From an uncultured bacterium (lineage in GTDB: Bacteria; Abyssobacteria; SURF-5), in NCBI GenBank assembly GCA_964607485.1, contig CAZSKP010000016.1:37052-101051 (forward strand): a stretch of 64,000 nt of DNA. Direction: 5' to 3'. Under the pieces are notes generated by a model that saw only the letters and a list, made by a program, of their open reading frames with translations, did no database searches and was not told where the DNA came from. Positions 58,081 through 64,000 of the stretch are shown here, piece after piece; the first letter of the stretch is position 1; every line of letters starts with the position of its first letter. Made by a program: the position numbers and the translations under genes.

Positions 58081-58791
58081 ATGACGTCTCCTCTCCGCTC
58101 CTTCGCCTTCCTTCGGAGTCCGCTCCTTCCGCTCATGGCCGTGGTCGCGCTCACCGTATTTCTTGCCGATTCGTCGGCGCGCGCCAACGGCGTCGATGCT
58201 GACAGCTTTCTCCACACGCTTGAGACGCAAAGGGGAAAAGTCGATACCTTCGCAGCCCGGTTCGTGCAGAAGAAGACCCTCGCGCTCTTCGACGAACAAA
58301 AGACCTCCGCCGGCGCGGTGTTCTACAAAGCCCCGCGTCGAATGATATGGAAATACGAGACGCCCGACAATACGCAGATGCTTATCGACGGCCGGGCCGT
58401 TTCGTTCTATTTCCCCGAACTTAAACAGATAGAGGTTTACCCGTTGGAACAAGGCGGGGCTTCTGGCTTCTTCTTTGCCTTCGAGGCGACGGCGGATGAA
58501 ATCGAGAAGAACTTCGATGTGTCAGTCGATTGTGGAGGGGCCGAACGGCTGAGCCGACTGGAGCTCTCTCCGAAGTCGGACCCTCTCGCGTCCGAACTAA
58601 AGAGCATCACCCTGTGGCTCGGCGAATCCGACTACCTGCCTCGAAAGATACGGATAAACGAGATTTCCGGCGACGTGACCGATATAGAACTCACCGACGT
58701 TCGCCTGAACGAGCCGATTGCCGACGAGGAACTGAAGTTTGACGCTCCGGAAGGAACAGAGGTCATCGAAGCGGGCCCGGGCGGCCTGTGA
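58081..58791 (+). CDS. lolA: Outer-membrane lipoprotein carrier LolA family
   Basis: Signal peptide, ARFVQ, KAP..M.WKY..P and F..PEG.EVI. Confidence 0.82.
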   Translation: MTSPLRSFAFLRSPLLPLMAVVALTVFLADSSARANGVDADSFLHTLETQRGKVDTFAARFVQKKTLALFDEQKTSAGAVFYKAPRRMIWKYETPDNTQMLIDGRAVSFYFPELKQIEVYPLEQGGASGFFFAFEATADEIEKNFDVSVDCGGAERLSRLELSPKSDPLASELKSITLWLGESDYLPRKIRINEISGDVTDIELTDVRLNEPIADEELKFDAPEGTEVIEAGPGGL

Positions 58792-59203
58792 GCCGAATGC
58801 GGGATTGTACGTGCTGATTCTGCGGGTGGATTCGCCGGCGTCGGTCAGTATCGGCGCGCTCGGGCGGGTCGATTTCAGGCCGGGCTACTATGCGTACTGC
58901 GGGAGCGCGCGCAGGAACCTTTCCAGCAGAATCTCGCGCCACATGGCGCGCCGCAAGAAGCTGCGCTGGCACATCGACTACCTCACCTGTCGAAGAAATG
59001 TGTCCATCGAATCGGCAAGAATATTTCCGGGAGATGCGATGACCGAATGCGAGCTGAATTCCGTCGTCCGAGGCTCGCCGGACGCGCGGCCCGTTCCGGG
59101 CTTCGGGTGCTCCGACTGCGCGTGCGACTCTCATCTGACATTTCTCGGTGACGAGTCGCCCGACATTCCCCCTGACCCGAACGTTATCCATGCCCGTCCC
59201 TAG
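58739..59203 (+). CDS. DUF123 / GIY-YIG (Uri) endonuclease-like protein (start uncertain)
   Basis: GYYAYCGSA, RH...WHIDYL and GFGCSDC.C.SHL. Confidence 0.8.
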   Translation: MTLRKEQRSSKRARAACEPNAGLYVLILRVDSPASVSIGALGRVDFRPGYYAYCGSARRNLSSRISRHMARRKKLRWHIDYLTCRRNVSIESARIFPGDAMTECELNSVVRGSPDARPVPGFGCSDCACDSHLTFLGDESPDIPPDPNVIHARP

Positions 59204-59783
59204 CAAAAATGCTCCCATCATTCTCGCCTCGTCCTCACCCCGAAGAATCGAGCTGCTGCGTATGCTCGGTGTGGAGTTCGACGTAGTTGCCAGCGAGGTG
59301 GAAGAGGCGCAGGACCCGAAGGCTTCAATCGCAGAACTCGTCGAACACAATGCGCTCGCCAAGGCGAAGGATGTTTCGAAACGATTCGAGAGCGGCCTGA
59401 TAATCGGCGCCGATACTATCGTCGTTTGCGAGGGAGAAATTTTCGGAAAACCGACCGACCTCGATGACGCGGGGCGCATGTTGCGCAAGCTCGCCGGCAG
59501 GACGCACCGGGTGTACAGCGGAGTCGCCGTCGTGCGGGTCGAGGACGGCGCAAACAGGACGGCCCACGCGATGACCGAGGTCACGTTTCGCCCGCTTTCC
59601 GACGCGCAGATCGCCCGGTACTTCGAAATGATAGACCCGCTCGACAAGGCCGGGGCGTACGCCATCCAGGGCGCGGGCGGCGTGATAATTGAAAAAATAT
59701 GCGGGTGTTACTATAATGTCGTCGGTCTGCCTTTGACCATCCTCGACAGCCTGCTTGCCGGCTTCGGCATGCGTCTTTTTTGA
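59190..59783 (+). CDS. maf: Maf nucleoside triphosphate pyrophosphatase
   Basis: [23 protein letters not shown] and NVVGLP. Confidence 0.95.
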   Translation: MPVPSKNAPIILASSSPRRIELLRMLGVEFDVVASEVEEAQDPKASIAELVEHNALAKAKDVSKRFESGLIIGADTIVVCEGEIFGKPTDLDDAGRMLRKLAGRTHRVYSGVAVVRVEDGANRTAHAMTEVTFRPLSDAQIARYFEMIDPLDKAGAYAIQGAGGVIIEKICGCYYNVVGLPLTILDSLLAGFGMRLF

Positions 59784-59821
59784 AAATCGCGGAGAACAAC
59801 GTCGCGGAGGTGTTGACACGA

Positions 59822-61318
59822 ATGAAAAAATACATCCTGGCCCTCGATCAAGGAACCACGAGCTCGCGTGCGATAATCTTCGACCACTCCGGCAAGTCTC
59901 TCGCCTCCGCCTCGAAGGAGTTTCGCCAGATTTATCCGAAGCCCGGATGGGTCGAACACGACCCGGAGGAAATCTGGGCGAGCCAGATCGAGGTCGCCGG
60001 CAAGGCGCTCGAGAAGGCGGGCGTTGAGTCCTCGGCGGTCGCCGCAATCGGAATCACCAACCAGCGCGAGACGGCGGTCGTGTGGAACCGAAAGACGGGA
60101 AAGCCCGTCGCCAACGCGGTCGTGTGGCAGTGCAGGCGGACCGCTCCCATCTGTGACGACATGAAATCGCGCGGGCTGGAGCAGACCGTCCGCGCCAAGA
60201 CCGGCCTGGTGATAGACGCGTATTTCTCCGGCACGAAGGTCAAGTGGATGCTCGACAACGTTTCCGGCGCCCGCGACAGCGCGCGGCGGGGCGAACTCGC
60301 CTTCGGCACCATCGACACGTGGCTCATCTACAAGCTGAGCGGCGGCAAAATCCACGTCACCGACTGCAGCAACGCCTCGCGCACGATGATGTTCAACATC
60401 AACGACCTGCGCTGGGACGACGACATGCTGGACGAATTGGGCGTGCCCGCCGCGATGCTTCCCGAGGTCGCTCCGTCGAGCAAGGTCTATGGCGACACCG
60501 ACCCGCACGTGTTCTTCGGCGAGGCAGTGCCCATCGCGGGAATTGCCGGAGACCAGCAGGCGGCGCTGTTCGGCCAGGCGTGCTTCGAGCCGGGGCTCGC
60601 GAAGAACACGTATGGCACCGGCTGCTTCGTCCTCATGAACGTCGGCCGCAAGCCGGTCGCCTCGAAGAGCGGGCTCGTCTCGACCATCGCGTGGGGAGTG
60701 AACGACTCCGTCGAGTACGCGCTGGAGGGCAGCATCTTCATAGCGGGCGCGGCGGTACAGTGGCTCCGCGACGAGCTCAAGATCATATCCAACGCCGCCG
60801 AGAGCGAGGAACTGGCGCGGTCCGTGTCCGACAACGGCGGCGTGTATTTCGTTCCCGCGTTTGTCGGTCTGGGCGCTCCCTATTGGGACATGTACGCGCG
60901 CGGCACGATCGTCGGGCTGACGCGCGGCTCCAACCGCGGCCACATCGCGCGCGCCACGCTCGAGTCGCTCTGCTACCTCACCCGCGACGTCCTCGAATGC
61001 ATGGAGGCCGATTCGGGCCGCACGCTCGACGAATTGAAGGTTGACGGCGGCGCCATCGGAAACAATTTGCTGATGCAGTTCCAGAGCGATATTCTAGGGG
61101 TGCCCGTCAGCAGGCCGGAAATTCCCGAGACCACCGCGCTCGGCGCGGCCTACCTCGCCGGGCTGGCCGTCGGCTACTGGGGCGGCCTCGACGAGATCGC
61201 CTCGAACTGGCGCGAGGAAGCCCGCTTCACTCCTTCTCTTAAAGAAGACGCCCGCGAACGATTCTACACCCGCTGGAAACAAGCCGTCGAACGCTCCCGC
61301 GCCTGGGCCACGGAATAG
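59822..61318 (+). CDS. glpK: Glycerol kinase
   Basis: [30 protein letters not shown] and KNTYGTG. Confidence 0.97.
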   Translation: MKKYILALDQGTTSSRAIIFDHSGKSLASASKEFRQIYPKPGWVEHDPEEIWASQIEVAGKALEKAGVESSAVAAIGITNQRETAVVWNRKTGKPVANAVVWQCRRTAPICDDMKSRGLEQTVRAKTGLVIDAYFSGTKVKWMLDNVSGARDSARRGELAFGTIDTWLIYKLSGGKIHVTDCSNASRTMMFNINDLRWDDDMLDELGVPAAMLPEVAPSSKVYGDTDPHVFFGEAVPIAGIAGDQQAALFGQACFEPGLAKNTYGTGCFVLMNVGRKPVASKSGLVSTIAWGVNDSVEYALEGSIFIAGAAVQWLRDELKIISNAAESEELARSVSDNGGVYFVPAFVGLGAPYWDMYARGTIVGLTRGSNRGHIARATLESLCYLTRDVLECMEADSGRTLDELKVDGGAIGNNLLMQFQSDILGVPVSRPEIPETTALGAAYLAGLAVGYWGGLDEIASNWREEARFTPSLKEDARERFYTRWKQAVERSRAWATE

Positions 61319-61417
61319 TTCCTTTTTCCCACCGCAAAGTCGCAGAGAGCGCAAAGAGAGAATTAACCACCTTGCTGCGTTACGCGTTCGCCGCCCTTTA
61401 TTGCAGACAACGTCAGT

Positions 61418-61447
61418 TTGACATGCGGCAATTACTCGGGGTATATT
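61418..61447 (+). promoter_or_regulatory. sigma70 promoter of hicBA
   Basis: TTGACA-18-TATATT. Confidence 0.6.
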
Positions 61448-61488
61448 GACCTGACACAACAGTCTGAGGCGTTGTGAAAGGAGAAAGA

Positions 61489-61692
61489 ATGAAGATCAAG
61501 GTTGTGATACATGAAGCAGAGGAAGGCGGTTATTGGGCGGAAGTGCCCGGTATACCCGGCTGTGCGACTCAAGGGGACACATTTGAGGAACTGCTCAAGA
61601 ACCTCTACGAGGCGGTGGAAGGATGCCTTTCCGTTGACGTAGAACAACCCAAGAGCACAGGCAAAGACCGGATTCTCGAAATCGCAATATGA
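61489..61692 (+). CDS. hicB: HicB family antitoxin (short, no DNA-binding domain)
   Basis: GGYWAEVP.IPGCATQGDT.EE. Confidence 0.9.
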   Translation: MKIKVVIHEAEEGGYWAEVPGIPGCATQGDTFEELLKNLYEAVEGCLSVDVEQPKSTGKDRILEIAI

Positions 61693-61898
61693 AGCCCATT
61701 TCCGGCAAGCAGTTGGCAAAGATTCTTGAACGTCACGGATGGAAATTGCTGCGCGTTCATGGCAGCCACCATATTTATGGTAAGGAAGGGACCGTAGTTC
61801 GGCTTTCAATTCCCATTCATGGAAAGAAGCCCCTGAAAGCCGGACTTCTGAAACACCTCCTGAAGATGGCAGGTCTGCAGGAATCTGACATCGAATGA
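61689..61898 (+). CDS. hicA: HicA family toxin
   Basis: GW...RVHGSH, IPIHG...LK.G.L; ATGA overlap with hicB. Confidence 0.9.
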   Translation: MKPISGKQLAKILERHGWKLLRVHGSHHIYGKEGTVVRLSIPIHGKKPLKAGLLKHLLKMAGLQESDIE

Positions 61899-61920
61899 TT
61901 GAAATTCCGCCGCAACCGAC

Positions 61921-63177
61921 ATGATAGATTTCAAGAAACTCGTTATCCCGCCCGGTGAGGTCATCGCGATTGAGGATGGCGAGCTTAATGTTCCCGATAA
62001 TCCGATCATCCCGTTCATAGAGGGCGACGGGACGGGGCCCGACATATGGGCGGCGGCCGTGATGGTGTTCGACGCCGCCGTTTTGCTTGCCTACGGTGGA
62101 AAAAAGCAGGTCCAGTGGTTCGAGGTGTACGGGGGCGAGAAGGCCGCGGAGAAATACGGCGAGCATCTGCCCGCCGACACGTTCGATGCCATCCGCCACT
62201 TCAAGGTTGCGATAAAGGGGCCGCTCACCACGCCCGTCGGCGGAGGATTCCGCTCGCTGAACGTCACGCTCCGGCAGGAGCTCGACCTCTACGCCTGCAT
62301 CAGGCCGGTCAGGCATTTCGCCGGAGTGCCTAGCCCGGTCAAGCATCCCGAAAGGCTGAACGTCGTCGTGTTTCGCGAAAACACTGAGGACGTGTATGCG
62401 GGTATCGAGTGGCCCGCGTTCTCGCCCGGCGCGGCGCAGGTGATGGATTTTTTGAGGCGCACGTTCGAGCTGGCCATTCGGTCGGATTCGGGCATCGGAA
62501 TCAAGCCGATGAGCGCCACGGCGACGAAGCGCCTCGTGCGGCGGGCCATCGCGTACGCCATCGACGAAGGTCTTCCGAGCGTGACGCTCGTGCACAAGGG
62601 CAATATCCTCAAGTACACCGAGGGAGCGTTCCGCGATTGGGGCTACGCCGTCGCCGAGCAGGAATTCGGAGACCTGACCGTGGTTGAGCGGGACATGGAC
62701 GACCGGAGCGTCGGCGCCGAAGGGAAAGTGATAATCAAGGACCGGATCGCCGACTCGATGTTTCAGCAGATTCTCGTCAGGCCGGAAGAGTATTCGGTGC
62801 TGGCAATGCCCAACCTGAACGGCGACTACTTTTCCGACGCCGCCGCCGCGCAGGTGGGCGGCCTGGGCATGGCGCCGGGCGCAAACATCGGCGACGAGGC
62901 CGCCATATTCGAGGCGACCCATGGCACTGCCCCGAGGTACGCGGGACAGGACAAGGTGAATCCCTGTTCGTTGATCCTCTCCGGAGAGATGATGCTTCGG
63001 CATATCGGATGGCGCGAGGCCGCTCGGCTCATAGTCGAGGCGGTGGGAAAGACCATTCGGGAGAGACGGGTCACCTACGACCTGGCGCGACAGATGAAGG
63101 GCGCAACGCTGCTGAAATGCTCCGAGTTCGCCGCCGCCATCGTCGAGAATATGCAGGAGGCTGCGCGGGCCGGTTGA
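61921..63177 (+). CDS. icd: NADP-dependent isocitrate dehydrogenase
   Basis: [41 protein letters not shown] and HGTAP. Confidence 0.97.
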   Translation: MIDFKKLVIPPGEVIAIEDGELNVPDNPIIPFIEGDGTGPDIWAAAVMVFDAAVLLAYGGKKQVQWFEVYGGEKAAEKYGEHLPADTFDAIRHFKVAIKGPLTTPVGGGFRSLNVTLRQELDLYACIRPVRHFAGVPSPVKHPERLNVVVFRENTEDVYAGIEWPAFSPGAAQVMDFLRRTFELAIRSDSGIGIKPMSATATKRLVRRAIAYAIDEGLPSVTLVHKGNILKYTEGAFRDWGYAVAEQEFGDLTVVERDMDDRSVGAEGKVIIKDRIADSMFQQILVRPEEYSVLAMPNLNGDYFSDAAAAQVGGLGMAPGANIGDEAAIFEATHGTAPRYAGQDKVNPCSLILSGEMMLRHIGWREAARLIVEAVGKTIRERRVTYDLARQMKGATLLKCSEFAAAIVENMQEAARAG

Positions 63178-63267
63178 TTTTTTTCTTGACTCCTGTCTCG
63201 GATTTAAATATGATTTTCTGGCGGTGAAAAAGCCGCACGGCTCGGGCCGATGAGGGGAGGTGAGCGG

Positions 63268-63447
63268 ATGATCGACAAGGAGCTCTTGGATATTCTCGCC
63301 TGTCCGAAGTGTAAGGGAGACATTCATTTGAACGAGGATCAGAGCGGGCTCATCTGCGATTCCTGCAAGCTCATGTATCCCATCAAGGACGATATACCCA
63401 TCATGCTCATCGACGAAGCGACAAAGCTTGAGGAAAAGGGAAGCTGA
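63268..63447 (+). CDS. Trm112/YcaR family protein
   Basis: LLDILACPKCKG...YPIKDDIPIML. Confidence 0.92.
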   Translation: MIDKELLDILACPKCKGDIHLNEDQSGLICDSCKLMYPIKDDIPIMLIDEATKLEEKGS

Positions 63448-63498
63448 GCCGGGCCCGCTGCGTGTTTGTTCGAAGTAGGGGGAGGGGGAGAAGGCACA

Positions 63499-64000
63499 AT
63501 GGGCCGCATTGTCTGCACTTGTCCCAAGACCAGCGGTTTCTTCACGTCAGCGTTGCTGGTAATATTCCTGATTGGCTTCATCCCGTCATTTAGCAAGCCT
63601 GCCTATGCGCAGGAGAACGTTCTTGTCGCGCACACGTATCGAGTCGATTACGCCAGCGTGCTCCGGCTCGAACCCATCATCCGACCGCTTCTTTCAACGC
63701 GCGGAAGCCTTTCCGTTGACGAGCGCACGAACTCCGTTGTCGTCCGCGACACGGAGTCCAGCGTCCGCATGATCGAGGAAACCATCGCCAAGCTGGACAC
63801 CGCGATGCCGTCGGAAACGTTCTACCTCAAATATGCCGATGCCGACAGGGTGGCGGAAAAGATAACGCACGTCCTGGACTCGTCGGTCGGGATTGTGGAG
63901 CCGGACGTGCGGACCCACACGGTGTACGTTATGGCGCTTTCCTCCAAGTTGGAGCGCGTCAGGTCGCTCATCTCCCGATGGGACCGGCCCATCCCTCAGG
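63499..64000 (+). CDS. Secretin N-terminal (NolW-like) domain protein, GspD/PilQ family; truncated by window end
   Basis: Not in the ORF track because it has no stop in the window. Signal peptide (AYA-QE), then two Secretin_N repeats: GSLSVDERTNSVVVRDT...IAKLD and FYLKYADA...PDVRTHTV...WDRP. Confidence 0.8.
   Translation, partial: MGRIVCTCPKTSGFFTSALLVIFLIGFIPSFSKPAYAQENVLVAHTYRVDYASVLRLEPIIRPLLSTRGSLSVDERTNSVVVRDTESSVRMIEETIAKLDTAMPSETFYLKYADADRVAEKITHVLDSSVGIVEPDVRTHTVYVMALSSKLERVRSLISRWDRPIPQ

Noticed and set aside
49788-63327. Long antisense ORFs (49788-51884, 53514-55385, 59711-60943, 61432-63327)
   Set aside because: Antisense shadows of high-GC3 housekeeping genes, with no recognisable motifs

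Overview
GC-rich, gene-dense bacterial chromosome segment. It appears to come from a diderm anaerobe: it has LolA, a secretin and a YaiO barrel, two aldehyde:ferredoxin oxidoreductases, multiheme cytochromes and a Sec-recoded gene. The DivIVA, homodimeric glyQS and short ArgA-type acetyltransferase fit a Deltaproteobacteria-like or candidate-phylum lineage (inference only). About 63 CDS were called. Housekeeping genes include glyQS, aroC, aroB, proC, maf, glpK and icd. Accessory modules are a Tat-DUF362/4Fe-4S redox operon, an AOR-cysH-Rrf2-MoaD-AOR block, a sigma54 cascade (6-PAS/GAF kinase, NtrC-type activator, two GG-N10-GC promoters), two tandem 11-heme cytochromes with a separate cytochrome b (split CbcL-like), a response regulator-YaiO-HEAT-GT2 polysaccharide operon, an FHA-GAF-adenylate cyclase plus PP2C, and hicB-hicA. 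No rRNA, tRNA, CRISPR array or transposase was seen. The most notable signals outside the ORF track are: (1) a rhodanese-like selenoprotein read through UGA, with a SECIS-like hairpin; (2) a compact T-box-like attenuator upstream of glyQS; (3) four copies of a ~175-190 bp MITE-like element with terminal inverted repeats and nested palindromes; (4) two matching IscR-type operators; (5) a structured, U-tailed leader upstream of the cytochrome operon.
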